Part shown: positions 11,697 through 26,600 of the stretch, one piece after another
Layout: each line of letters opens with the position of its first letter
Position numbering within the stretch: the stretch's first letter is position 1
From: Lytechinus pictus
Lineage: Eukaryota
Direction of reading: 5' to 3'
Length of the DNA: 64,000 bases
Assembly: GCF_037042905.1 (NCBI RefSeq)
Contig: NC_087251.1
Coordinates: forward strand, 45,758,001-45,822,000
Made by a program: the position numbers and the translations under genes
The notes under the pieces: generated by a model
The model's database searches: none
What the model saw: the letters and a program-made list of their open reading frames with translations, nothing else
Told to the model about the DNA's origin: nothing

Positions 11697-14600
11697 CTGC
11701 AATAAAACAAAGATGTGATCATCAATATCATTAAATATAAGTCATAAAATGGAGCTTCTATCTAGCACTTGTTAATTTGAGAATATTACCAATTTGCATG
11801 CTCAATCGCATCATTGAAGTATTTTATCTCATCTTTTACATATTTATTACATATATCATATATACAGTGCTCAGAAATATTCGTATTAAGTGCGGTAACC
11901 ACTACACATCTATCTTGCCTTGCAATGATTTTAAAAAGTAGTACACCGTAAATATAATGCACTTAAGGATCTGACACATTTATTAAAAATGTCAAATTTC
12001 ATCATGAATGCTAATTATCTAACACTTATCGATATCAATTTTCGCAAAGCACTTTGTAAAGCCCATCATTAAGTTATGTCAACAGGAAATAATATGTCGA
12101 ATGCTAGGGTGTCTTTGCTAACGCTGAAAATAGTATGATTGGTAGGCCCTTGGGGGGAAAAAAAAGGATACTAACGACACATCACCCTGGAAGACCAAAA
12201 ATATTATAATAATCATATACCAAGGACAGATGTACATTACATTCTGAAGGAATGTCAAATATAAACAGGATGGAATTGACAAGCACCCTTGAAAATCTTG
12301 GAGTGCAGATTACAGGAATTGGCATTCCTTTATAGTGGATAACACATGAAATGTACAACATAAAATCTGGCATGTGCTAGTATGCTCTATACTTAGTCAG
12401 CAGACACAGTTCTTGATACAAACTCTGATCAACAAGTGGGTCTGCATGCAAGACTTACGCAAAAAAAAGCTTGCTGTTTGAGAGGGACCTTAGGCAGCAT
12501 ACTCAGACCACTTAACTTAAGTGAAAGGTCTGCAAAGCAAACTATACTTGCAACGTACCTGTATTTGAGAATGTCGAGAGACACAATCGATCCATTTTAC
12601 TACACAATCCTGTCTTGGGATCTCTGGTAGGTAACGTACCGAAGATAGGTGCAGTGGCATCGAGAGCAGCTCTGTATAAAGACAGATATCCAGAGGGTTA
12701 ATATGATGAGTCTGAAGATAAGACTACCATAGATTCGTTCACCATTCACCATTCATTGCGCAAATATTCACTGCTGAATGATACGTGCCGTATAAGCTAA
12801 AACAACAACAACAACCTTACACCTAGCTGATCATTCCATAGTTAAACCCCCAATAATTGTCATGGATGGAACAGTTTATCCATAAGAAATTGACTCGGAT
12901 ATCAGGACATAAAACCCTTTCAAATCAATCAAATCAAATCAAATAGAGTGGAAGCAGTAAGCTGTATATAGCAGATGTGCTTTGAACCAATTTCAATTCC
13001 TTTAGTTTACTTATTTCTTAGTCATTTATTTAATATTATTTCATTTCATTTCTTTTCATTTAAGTTTTAATTTTAATTACTTTTTCCAATTTTTTTTCAT
13101 TCATTAATTCATTCATTCGTTTTTGTTACATATACATGTTGACAATATTCAAATATATTTATAACTCTGCCTCCAACCCCCATAAAATCAAATAAAGAAA
13201 AATGAATTAAAAAAATATAAACAATCAAATCAAAATTGTGTGTGCTTGTTGAAAATGGCCTAGCCTTCCAAGATCTATTGAAACCTACTAAGTTTTTTAA
13301 AGGCCAAAAAGTCAAAGTCTTTGAAATGGCCTACGTTTCCACCCGGATCTTTTGAAACCTTTTAAGTTTTGATTAATGCCAGTAAGTCAAATATTTCTTT
13401 CAAAATTGCCTAGTTTTCCCGGATATTTTAAAACCTTCTAAATTTTGTTTAAGGCCAGAAAGTCAAATATATTATTTTGAAAATTGGCTAGTTTCCCCGG
13501 ATCTATTGAAACCTACTAAAATTTGTTAAAGGCCAGAAAGTCCAATATATATGTAGTTTTTTTTAATTTAGCCTAATTTTCTCATGATCTATTGAAACCT
13601 ACTAAGTTCTGTTGGAGGCCAGAAAGACATATTTTTTCCTCCTTCAATTCTCCTTGTGATTTGAAAATTATTGAAGTACTCTAAAACTGGTAGCTAAAAT
13701 TTATTTTTCAAAGTTAAGTGCATTGAAATCCTGTTATTTTTGCTTTAATTGAAAGTAATCAGCAGTACTAATAAATTGGATCAGAATTGACAATTCTGCA
13801 CTTCTCCCTGAGTTGTAATGGTAAACAGATTTACTTGAAATCCACTTTATCAATGCTACTTCATACACAGATATCGTGAGGGAAAATGCAGGCATATACC
13901 ATGGTATTCCAAGGGGTTTATCTCTATCATTGTACAGAAGAATGAGCTGATTTATCAAAGCAATGTAAACAAACAGATCTGCTCCATATACATGTATTTA
14001 CTTATACAAAAAAATCTGTCATAGTTTAATCAATTTCACCAAAAATGAAAGTTTGAATGCCTATATACAAATCTAATGCTCCTGTGTGATGAAAAATTAT
14101 ATAATTTTCCACAAGTTATTTAATAAATATATAACTGAATAATCTATTGCACTATTGTCCCAATGCACAGGGGAGCTGCAAGTCATATATAAATGGCAGG
14201 TGTGGCCAATTTGTATGATATAAATATCATAAGCATCTCTTGCATTTGGCTAAGAGTCTGATTCAAGTTTGATACAAGCCTAAAAGTGGATTGTTAGACC
14301 GTTTTTTTTAGTGAGTCAGTAATTAGTAGCACAAGGATGGAAAACAAATATAGTGATTGAGCGAGACACCGTCAAATATCTTTTTTGTGGCACTCTATAT
14401 GATCATATATAAACCTGGGAGTTGTTCTGAAGCACCTAGCTGGCAATTATCACTGACAAATGTGCTCTGAGCCAATCAGATGCAAGGATTTCAGTAGCTT
14501 ATAACAAGTTGTCAGTGAAAACCACCGACTATTTGGTTTATGAAATGCTCCCCTGGTGAAGATATTGAATAGAATTTTCTGGCCACTCTCGGTCACATGT

Positions 14601-17600
14601 GTGACCTAAATTATGACAAATCTTGACTTTAATTGTTTATAAATCTAACAGATTTATAAATCTAAAAGATTTATAATTATTGATTTCGAAAGTTCAATTT
14701 CATTTTTAAATTCACAGGACAAGTTTCAAAATGAAATTAAACTTTCAAAATCATGATTCTGTGTTAAGTCACACACGTGACCCACTTTCTTTGACCTGTG
14801 ACCTTGAACCTGCATATTGGAGACAACAAAAAATATTTCCAAATGGTAGCTGACTAAGCATGCTATTGTGATATTACCTTTGAATGACTAAATCTCAACA
14901 AATTTTACATTTATAACTAATTAAAATCAAGATTTGTCATTATTTCAGTCACACATGTGACCAAGAATGACCCTTCTGTATCTACACATTGACTGCATAT
15001 TGAGTGGATGCATGTTGTATACCTGTGTGACGTCATGGGCCCGTCGGGTTGGTCCTGTGATACGGTGCTACTGTTATTCTCATTGCTGTTAGTCAAGGAG
15101 TTAATAGGGTGCAAATAAAACAAAGAGCAACAATGGTGAAACATGCAATTATATATATCCAATGTACAGAGTACCACAGTGCGACGTCATCAATTTTTCC
15201 TTTAAGTATGCATGTATGATGACAAACCTCCACACCGGCACCAAATTTGACATGAATCGGTTCATTGTAGCCAGAGGTATGGCTAAAAGAATACCTATAA
15301 CAAGCCCCCATTGAAATCAGTGCAAGTGGCCAGGGGGCCGTTTCATAAAGCTGTTCGTAAGTTAAGAGCGACTTTGAGAACGACTGGTGATCCTTTCTTA
15401 CGCGCTTAACCATCGCCAATGAATATACCATTTACCACAAGAAAGGATCACCAGTCGTTCTTAAAGACGCTCTCAACTTACGAACAGCTTTATGAAACGG
15501 CCCCCTGGTTTATAACTGTTTGGATCAAGGCAAATTTACAATGAATTCAATGGCCAACGGTAGGTGCTCATATGGCCGCACCCTGGCCCCCCACGGATCG
15601 ATTCCCATCTTAAGCAGGTTCTGGATGTTTCTCATCATGCTCTTCAAGATAAGGTATAAAAAATGATGCAATGCAAAAAGAAAAAAATTGTGGCGACATC
15701 ACATTGATACTCTATAGGGTACACACACTATGCTACGTACATGTGACTAAATACAAAGTTACACACAAGTCAGTATTCACAGCATGATTCATTCCTTGCT
15801 ATCTTATGGGTACAGTCAAACCGACTCCAGACCGACTCCAGGCCGACAAAAGCTTTTGCATTATTACCAATACCATACAATTGGTTGAGGTGGAGTCAGT
15901 TTCACTGGTGTGACTGTAGCATTATGGGTAGTACTATCAACCGAGCATGGGCCCATTTGCATAAAACTGTATCCCCATTACTCTTATGTAGTAAACTTTA
16001 CCATTGATGACAAATTCCACAGAATCCTTTGTTATGATTGGCTGTTTAGCAATGTTACCATGGTTATTGCCATTGATAGCAGAGTGAGCATATCTTTAGA
16101 GTTTTATGCAATATGGCCCAGAGCCATATCAATAAATTTATCATCCATTAATCACTGGGGTATAGCCTACATAATGCATGCTGGCTTTGGATACTTGGAT
16201 ACTGCCATTAATAAATACAATTTGGAAGTATTGATAGATATAAACTAAATCATCAGCACCCTGCAACATACAGCTTAGCAATCGATCAATGTGGCTGATT
16301 TTTACGATGGATCATACACAATAGTCAATGCAATCAATTGTAGAGATCAACCCTACGATCAATCGCTAAGCCTCATGTTACGGGGCCCTGGTTTCACTTT
16401 ACTAATTAATGCACGTAAAACGGTAAGGGTAAGGATCTTTCATCAGCCTTCTACTGCATGCTATAATATACCATCTGGTTTCAACAATGAGAAATTCTTA
16501 ATAGAAATGTGGCTTTCAGTTTTCAAAAGGCTTTGGAAACGCTCCAAGTTAATTTCCAAGAAATTTGATCCCGATGGCGACAAACAGCCTACACAAATGC
16601 AACAAACAGAATCATTGCTTTGAAATCGAAAGGTTTCAACCCCCCCCCCCAAAAAAAAAGCGTTTATCAGTTATGGGATTAGAGGAGATTAATAGATCCC
16701 TTTGGGCTATTGTGACTATTTCCTGGGATTGGGAAGGGGTATGAATAGATAGACTGACAAACATGGAACAAAGGGCAACTTCTAGCAATGGTCTGTGCTT
16801 AAAGGGATGGTCCGGGCTGAAAATATTTATAGCTTAATAGAGTAGAATTCACTGAGCATAATGCTGAAAATTTAATCAAAATCGGATAACAAATAACAAA
16901 GTTATTGAATTTTAAAGTTTAGCAATGTTTTGTGAAAACAGTCGTCATGAATATTCATTAGGTGGGCTGACGATGTCACATCCCCACTTGTTCTTTTGTA
17001 TTTTATTATATGAAATTAGGTTTATTCAATTTTTTTCCTCCAAGAACTAGAAAAATTGGATTGACAACTGATTTAGTGCATTAGATATTTATTGCTGCAA
17101 CTTATTTCATTATAAAGGAAACATATTATTCACACAAGTATGAAATAATAAAAAAATTATGATTTTATGTAATAACATAAGAAAACAGAAAGTGGGGATG
17201 TGACATTATCAGCCCACCTAATGAATATTCATGACTGTTTTCACAAAATATTGCTAAACTTTAAAATTCAATAACTTTGTCATTTGTTATCCGATTTTGA
17301 TGAAATTTCGGCATTTGCTCAGTGAATTCTTCTCTATGTATTAAGATATAAATATTTTCAGCCCGGACCATCCCTTTAAGGGGGGAAAATCTATTGTTGT
17401 TTCCTTGAAGGAGAAAGAACTAAAAGGTAAACAACTTCCCTTTACACTTATTTCATTCTAAACTTTGGCTTAACTTACACCATGGTCTAAGTCTGGGCTC
17501 AAATTATGGCAAGCTTTCCCATGTTAAGATTCATTTTACAGTTTGTGATGCCTTGAGTGCAAAATGTGATGATAAGCCGATCATGTAATTTGTCATGTCT

Positions 17601-20600
17601 TAGCAAAACATTTTTACACATTGCATCGGTGCGGACACCCCCTTACGCATGGTGATGATGATGGGTTCTTGTATAGCGCCGGTATCCGCCTCAGCTGGGT
17701 GCTCATGGCGCTTGCTCAAAAATAGGAAATATCTCACAAATTTCAATGTCTTCAAACAGTGCTTAGCATGCTGCTAAGGGTGTTTTTGCACGCACGTGAT
17801 GTGCAAAAGTGTGGCGTTACGGGCTTTCTAGCACCGACACAACAATTATAGAGATTGACGTCAAATGTGGCTATCTATCATTAGCTAAACCACAAATTTA
17901 GACCATGGTTAAAGTTAACCCGGACTTAAAAATATGTATGACAGTGTTCATAGACAACCTTCAATTCACAAACTACAAAAAAAAACATCATTCAGAAACC
18001 CATACAGGACAACAAACACCACACTGGTTAATAGGTGTTAGGTTAATTGACACAGCACTATAGTGTTATCATGACACAGGGCAAGATGCCTTTCTGTGTA
18101 CTTACTTATGAGCTTTACACCTTGGAAATGTGGAGCTGAATGATTATAAAAACAATATTGCGTTACTTATATCATATTGTGGCGCCTGATTGAAACATGC
18201 AGTGAAAATCTAAATTCAAGCACAGAGTTTTATCGAAGTAGGATTATAAGCATTTTTACTCTTGTATATATGTGTTAACTACGTATAGTTGACTTTTGTA
18301 TCCATGGTGAAATTAATTTCTAATTGATTTGCTTATTTCTAGATAGATGGCGCTATATAAATGCCTATTATTATTATTATTATTATATAGTGAATATTTT
18401 CAATATTTTTTTATAAACACAAACAAAAGAGAGTAAGGTGCATATTTTGGTGCTGTAATAGTAAGCTAATATCAATTGTACAATTAAGTCAATCAAAGAC
18501 AATTATACAGCCTTATGGTTGATTGCAATTATTGATTTTATCTCCTTATAATATAGGGCACTGTACTTTGCTTTCATGCATTTATGATCTTTATTGTGGA
18601 AAGAAGATAGAGAAGGAAATGATGAAGAGGAAGCATTGTGAAAAGCTAAATTTGAATCAATTATACTGAAAACAAAAGTGAGAAAATAAAATGTTGGCAA
18701 AGCTTTATATTTAACATAATATACTTGCTTTGTTTATGCTATAGATTTTGATAGGCATGTGTATGATAATTTGTAAAGAGAGTATGATTATATTTACCTG
18801 AGGAGGCCCCCGACGACGGTGTGCTCATTTCTCTGGATGACGTTCTCCATATCTCGTTTATTCAGCTCATCAACGCATGCCTCGATGAACGCATTCATCA
18901 TAACAGCCTGTATGAAATAAATTCATATCAAATAAAGATTGTTAGATAATCGCTGTACAGCCCTAAAATCAAAGGCACTGACAAAAATGGAAAAAAAATC
19001 CATCAAATTATCTGTTCATGATTTTATACGGGTAAAACAAAAATATTAACTAAATGACAGCATGATTTCCCCAAAAAATGATGAAAAATGAAAATGAACA
19101 TACGATTACATATTTGTATCCATTTTGACCCAATTACTTGAATGATTTGAACCATGAATTAAATCGATTTCTTGATGATTTACTGTCCCCATTTTGGGGG
19201 AAATTACAGTGTGGGACTTTATTCATCATCCCAGTATAGCTTCCTGTATGAGCTGCCAATGGGATTACTACATCAAGTATCAAGTAGCTTCTCACTGGTG
19301 CATCTATAACTCTTTAAAGGGATCGTTTAACTTTGTGAGCAGCTGATTAAAAAAATTCTCAAACTGAGTTGAAACGTGCGTATGAGTGCCTGTATTTGTC
19401 CTAAAAAACCCTGAAACAGACCACAATAAAGGATGAAAAACTCTAATTTAGATACAAGTAGCAATTTATTAGCCTGATTTTGAGAACCGTCTAGTAGACG
19501 GGTGCAGCTTATGACCAGTTTTCTCCAATTCAAAAAGTCCGTTGGCTATTTTGACTGCCTTCTGTTGTGTGTATCTCCTATACACACACTATTAGCTGCA
19601 CTGTACATTCAGTGTATACCTTGTACACACGGTATGTAGGTCATGCTGTGTTCATCTAGAATTAATGTGTTGTGGTGCACAGATTCCCTGTATACACATA
19701 GTCATTGAAACCAACTCCCAATTATTTCAAACTTTGGTTTACATCTCCAAGGTTTTAAAATTGATCCTGTAAATATAATACTTTGAAACTTTTGGGATGG
19801 TATTTTTACACTATAAGCCTAATGTTTAGCCCATTTTCAGGAACCAAAAGGAGAATTTTTTAAATCAGAACAAAGTGAAATGATCACTTTAAGATAACGG
19901 GCCATTTTAATAAATGTGTAGATGAAAGTGATGACAAAGCCAGGGCAAATTGTGCTGCATTATAGTAGAGCACTTTTCTGATAAAAGGCTATACATATAA
20001 GCAAGTATGGTAACATAGCATTATCATTTAAAGTCTGACCTGTCTGGAGAAGATCTGTAAGACTTTGCTCTGCCATTTTCCATTCTCCCTGTTGTCGAAC
20101 TCTAACCAGAGGCATGGGAGACAGTCTATCTCCTTCCTTGCAGGCTCTGTAAACTCCCAGGATAATTCATCGTACTTCAGTCCAAGAAGAAGCTCCTGAA
20201 AGCCAAACATGTAGACTTAGCAACTTGCTGTACGATAGGCCATAAGGTCATCGTGTGATAATACATACTACCCTTCCTTGACAAAACTATAATCTCCATT
20301 GTTAGAAGACTTGGTCTTAAACCTGGATCGCCAATGCCTTTTTCATTAAACTTTGTAAATGTTTAGTCTTTGACAAATTCTTCTCTTGGCCTATCAACTG
20401 GCACTATTTCCACAGCTTATAACAGCAGCATGTCAATGCTAACGATAACTAGTTTCTATAAAACCGTTTTGGACCTGGATCACAATGACCAAGTTTCATA
20501 AACCTTGCAATCAATTGCAAATGTTTCGACACTGTGACAAATTCCACTTTGGCCAATCAACTGGAAGCATTTCAGTAGCTTGCAACAGCAGCATGCCAAT

Positions 20601-23600
20601 GGTAATGATAACTAGCTTTATAAAACAAGTTTTGAACCTGGATCACAATGACCAAGTTTCATATAACTTGTAACTAATAGCAATATTCAGACTCTGTGAC
20701 AAATTCCACTTTGGCCAATTCACTGACACCATTTTTCAGTAGCTTGTAACATCAGCAAGTCAATTTCAGTCAATTATAGTCTTCTGAAACAGAGCCTGGG
20801 TTGAAACACACCTGTTTCTGTTCGTCAATGACATACACTCCGTCTCTGTTGATTCCGACGTACACCTTCCGGTCCGAGGAGTCCCGAACTTTGACAGACA
20901 ACCGTCCCGTCCTTTCAATCTGTCCTCTGAAAAACACAGACCTGTAAAAACAATATAAAATGACTGATTAGCCATCTTCCAAGTAAGAGTGTATGATAGC
21001 TGAACCAGAATAATTGGGTGCACACTTCAAATTGTTTACATCTGCTGTTCCTTATTTCTCCTGTGTTCGTTTCCTATGATTTAATAGAAAATTATCTTAC
21101 TTCTTTATCTTCAGACAGTTAATAATAATAATAATAGGCATTTATATAGTGCCATCTATCTAGAAATATTCTATTCCGAGGCGCGCGGTTATTATTATTA
21201 TTACCCCGGCTTTAGCTCGAGCTGCCTTTCAGCGCTCATGCATTCAAGGAATTAATCCTGCCGGGTACCCATTCACCTCACCTCGGTTGAGTTCGGTTAT
21301 GAATGAATTGGACACCAAATATGCTGACAAATTGAACATCTCCTGTTAGAGATTAGTGTCATAATCGGCTATCCATAGTTAATCGCAAATTAAACTTGAA
21401 GTTTAGATTATGGACCTCTGAATGTGGGTACACAACATTTGCTCCCTGCAATGTTTTATCCAAAGATATAGGGTTATGGCTCTGGTTTACGGAACTAGGA
21501 TTATGATTTATCTGTTTATTGGATTAGGATTAAGGTTCTCGTTTATTAAAGTCAAGTGTTTATGTTAGGCCTTATTTTTGGCTTAATGTGTAGATTTTCC
21601 ATAGGAGCAAATGTCATGAAACCTTGAATGTACTTACCCATAGAATGGTAACTTCCAGCAGAATTCAAGGAATAGATGATGGTATTCCTTTCTTGAGTCG
21701 GTGAGTTCTGAGAAATGTTTCCAATGTCTCAATATACTCGCTTCTACCGACATCATTGCTCCCGTACGACCCTTCACAATCGACCAGCGGCTACCTCCTT
21801 TGAACATACATGTCGGCAAGATCTTTTTGAGATCATTATCCCTGAGTGATTCAACGGAGAAGATTAGATAATAAGTTATGAAAGGTTTCGTAAATTATTA
21901 AAAAACTTTATTTTCTTCTATAAAATTAGTTAGTGGTTTGAAGCTTGATTCAGACCTTGTTAATTTAAGCCCCGTATGTACTCTACAATAAAAAGACTGA
22001 AAAGGCCTAAAATGGGAAGTTGTTGAGGCATGAACTCAGACCAAAAAAATGAAGACTGGAATCTCTGAAGAAGCATTCAAAACCTAAGGATCACAGTGAA
22101 AATGTTTTTCATTTTTGGGGGGCTATTTTTATTTTCACTTTGGGGTGACTGATCAATTTTTCAGGCTATATCTTTCATTACAAAGGATACTGTTTGAGTG
22201 TAACAAGCAATTCAAAATGTTAAATCAAAATATTATTATTCTGACGCATGTTGAATATTGAATTTCCAAATATTCCTGAATATTGTATGTGGCGTATCTT
22301 GGTCGACTCTTGAAAGAAAACTTTGCCCCAAGACATTCAATTTTTATTTTATTTAAGGGGTGTTTCGGACTGTCAACAGGTCGAACTTGATCGTCGCCCT
22401 CATGGAATTCCTACGCTGAGAAGGATCCAATCCATGTATAAACCATAAAAGGTATCCTTATGGGTTTCAACAGGCCATATCTTAATTGCTCGATCTACTT
22501 ACTTGAAGAAACCCATTTGATGCTGGTCTTCATCGTAGGTACCAAACTCCAGGGAAGCTAACACACCAGCCAGGTACTCATAGTCCTCCGCCTCACACGG
22601 ATACATGCCATTCAGAATGTTCCCTTTCGCTTCCACAAATAACAAACTCTTTATCTTTGCATTCATGACCTGGATTTCAAATGGCAATACAGAAAGAGGC
22701 CACAGTGATTCATTTTGTACATTACATTAACCGTCACATACTCGTCGTACATTAGAAAATGCAATGTAAAGCACAATACTTGAATTCCTGTAAGTTAATG
22801 ATCTAGAGATCTACATCATTCATATTCAGGGTTCCCACAGAAATTTGAAAACAGAATTCCATGACTTTTCCATGACTTCCTGTGACGTCCCGGGAGTTAT
22901 GTAGAATTTGGGATGTCACAAAACTGGGAAGAATGGAAGAGTATGAGAGCTGCTAGACACAACAAACTGGAAAGCTGCCGTAGCCAAGAGGTAAATGCAA
23001 TTCCATGACTTTTCACAGATTTTCCAAATTCCCTGACTTTCCACGACCACAAATTTTTCCAGGATTTTCCATGACTGGGAACCCTGATATTGTAAACAAT
23101 ACATGATATGTCAATGATAATGATGATGTGTACATTTTCATATATTTTTAATAACAAAGAATGATTCCACAATATCAAGAGTTTTAAGCCAAATGATTTG
23201 GTGAGTACTTACTTTTTTCTCTGTATCCTTTGGATAGAATGCATTTCTTTGGAAAGATATGACTGGTTCATCTAGAAAAAAGAAACAGATCGTGCCTTAA
23301 TAAAATATTTAACAATATGTTACAAGGGCCTTACATGCAGGTTTACTACTGCTCATATATTCATTCACGCTTGGGCATGGTAGTCTAGTGGTAGAGTACC
23401 TGGCTCACGAATGGGAGGTCATGGGATTGATCCCGGGCTGAGTCACACCAAAGACTATAAAAAGGGATCTTCTGCCTATTAGTTAGGTGCTCAACGTATT
23501 AGGATGGAGGATTGTATCCTGATATGCAGGGCCAGCTGGAAAATCAGCTAATAGCTTTAAGTGGCTACCCTGGGTAAATTAGATTTATTATCGTTATCAT

Positions 23601-26600
23601 GCATGTATATCTGAACACTTCTTTCAGTAATATAATTTGCAACTTCCTATAAACTGTCATCTGAACATCCATTAATCTTGATCTCATGTGAAACACACTT
23701 CTCAACTTGAATACATTAATCACTTGAATACAGTGCATTGGCTGACAAATAGAGAGTATATCGACGTGAAAAATCAAGAAGCGAACTATATCTAGAGGTC
23801 GCGATCAAATCCTCTTGATACGCGTATCATCTTAAACGAGAATCCAGTTCCTGTAAAAGAGATATTAACATCCTGTCTGAAATGTACCAGGGTTGCATCA
23901 TAACAATGATGTCTAAAGGGCATGTTTATTATGGCAGGAAGAAACTTGGCAAGATTCACTACTTGGCATTATGATTATAAGATCATCACGTTATCCACAT
24001 CATCTCATCTACATGTAAATATAATACTTGCATCTGACATTTGGGTAAAGGGAATACAAATGGAAATGATGGAAAGAAGAATGGAAAAAAAGGAATCAGA
24101 AGTGTTAGGGAGACATAGAAAAAAGAAAGAAAAGGGAAGGGAGAGTGAGGAAAATGAGAAGAAAAAGTGGGATATTAAAAGGAAGAACAGAAGAAGAGGA
24201 AAAGGAGAAGATGAAGAAGAAGCACAACTGGGAGAATGAGGAAAAAAGGGAAAATAGGAGGGGTGGAGAAGGAAGAGGAGACAGAAAGGAGGGCAAGGAT
24301 AAGGAGGAGTGCAGAAGAAAGAGTGGATTCAGGAGAAGATGGAGAACGAGAGGAAGAAGAGTAAGAGGATAAGACAGAGATGAGGATGAAGGCAAGAGAG
24401 GAGGAAAAGGAAGGGCGGAAAAACATCAATCACTCCAGAAATAGAGTGTCTTTTAGAGCTTTATACATGTAGGCCCTCAAGGATAAGTATCATCCAATCT
24501 ATATTAACATTTCATTACATTTCCAGAATGTCTCAAAACTATTTTCCAAATAGCATCTGATTCTTCTTGTTTAACATTTCCATTACATGTATGTTATGTC
24601 CAAAGTGCTTTAATGGTAACATCTTTCAAACAGTTTCTCTAAAATTAGGTCATTTTAAAAATATTGTAATGTTTAAAAAAACAACAACAAAAAGGTTCAA
24701 ATTTTAGATTATGGCTGAAAAAGCAAATACAAAATGTTTTCATTCACAACCTCTAACATTATCATGTTAATTTCATGTTTTTGTTCTAACTGGGATAGGC
24801 GCTTACCATTTGCTTTCACCTCCTCACTGTGTGTTGTGTATTTATCAAGAAGATCAGGCCACTGTCTACATAATCTGAAGGGTATATGGTGAGGCTTAAG
24901 CTGTAATTCTGTGCAGGGAAAACAATAATTAAGATAGAGATGACAATTGAGATGAGAAGAAAGACGTAAGCAAATTAAAGAGTAGGTAAGTTTCAATGGT
25001 TTTCATCTGTACGTTGGAAACTCAGTATTGGAGATTTCAAGCAATAATAGAAATAAAATATTGATGACATTTGTGGCAGATCTTGGGGTGACTCTACATT
25101 GTAGGTAACATGGCTGCCTCAGAGCAGTCATTAGGGGAATTTCAGGGGCTACATTTGGACTGCGATGAGGGCAAAATCATCAATCAATGGATCCGCACCC
25201 GATTACAACAAGTCTCTTATACACCACTATCAACTTGCACGCACACTGCGATCGTCCCAATCTAGTCTCTTGCATATTCCACTATCTAAAAAATCCTGGG
25301 GCGATCGAGCCTTTGCTCATGCCGGACCAGCCCTGTGGAATTCACTACCACAGGAGCTGAAGAACTCAAACTCTGCAACGTCCTTTAAGGGCAACCTAAA
25401 TTTGCATTTGTTCACCAGCAGGTACTGGGTTTGAAGACAGACATTTTCCCTCATTTTTAATTTACCCTTTCTTGTACTTCTCTTAGTTCTCTTTACTTTT
25501 ATGTTTTGCTCTCCTCTAAGCACCTTGAGCATTTAATCAAAATGGAAAAGACACTATATAAATCATATGTATTATTATTATTAAAATCACCTATAATTTT
25601 CAGGTATATCCTATGCTGTTTCTAAGGGTTTTGGTGTTACATGTAGATGAGCTTTGGTCCTGAGCAGTAATGATCAGCCTAAGGTAGACCAACTGCACTG
25701 ACTTGATCGTGTTCTACCAAGAACATTTCAATTTCTCTCTGGTGCTTTTATCACACAAACACCTGAGCAAATTAGTTCAACTTTACTCAAACAACCATCT
25801 TAACAGGCCATTATTAAATTTGACAAATCCTGTTTCGCTTTTAAAAGCTAGCTGCCCAAAGCACGGTACAAGCTGTTAACTCAGTTTGGCAAATATTTGC
25901 CCGATTCATTCATATCGGAGTGTTGTTCTGAACTTTGGCAGAGTTTGAATGACACAAGGCAAGTTCCCATTACTACAGGCAAGAAATCTTGTTACAAGTT
26001 ACAATGTATCACAAACAACATGAGTTTGGCATAGAATGTGTACAACCCTTTGATTCAAAGTGCGAAGTAATTTTACATTTTGAAATGAAATTAAAGAAAT
26101 ACATACATGCAAAGTATGCTTTTCGACATGTTTCTCGGCAATGGGAACAATACTGAAAATCAACCAATTATCCACTGCCACTCTGGCAGGGAATTAAATG
26201 CATTGAACAGAAAATGGTGCCAATGAAGAAGTGAATAAAATGACCTCCACAGACACAATATGTGTCAGTGGAGTTTGAAATTGAAAGAAACATTCATCAA
26301 ATTTGCTTGAATGAATCTTTTATGATCCTTTTCTTTTCTGTAACAAAACAGCAAACGAGAAAGCAAAGAAGACATTCAAGTCAAGGAACAAGGTTGAAAA
26401 AAAAATGCATATTTCCTTCTAAGCAAGGATACATGTAGGTGATTACTGTGATTTAAAGTTGTAAACTTCCTTTAAATTCAAGAAAATAAACTAGGAATTA
26501 CAGGCAAGGACAAGAACATACTATAAAGAGCATGGAGAAGGAATTGAATACTTTACATAATTGTATTTATTTACTAGTTGATTTTGATGCTTGGGTAATC

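Noticed and set aside
23922..24429. Charged low-complexity ORFs
   Set aside because: Purine-rich tract inside an intron; no splice or homology support.
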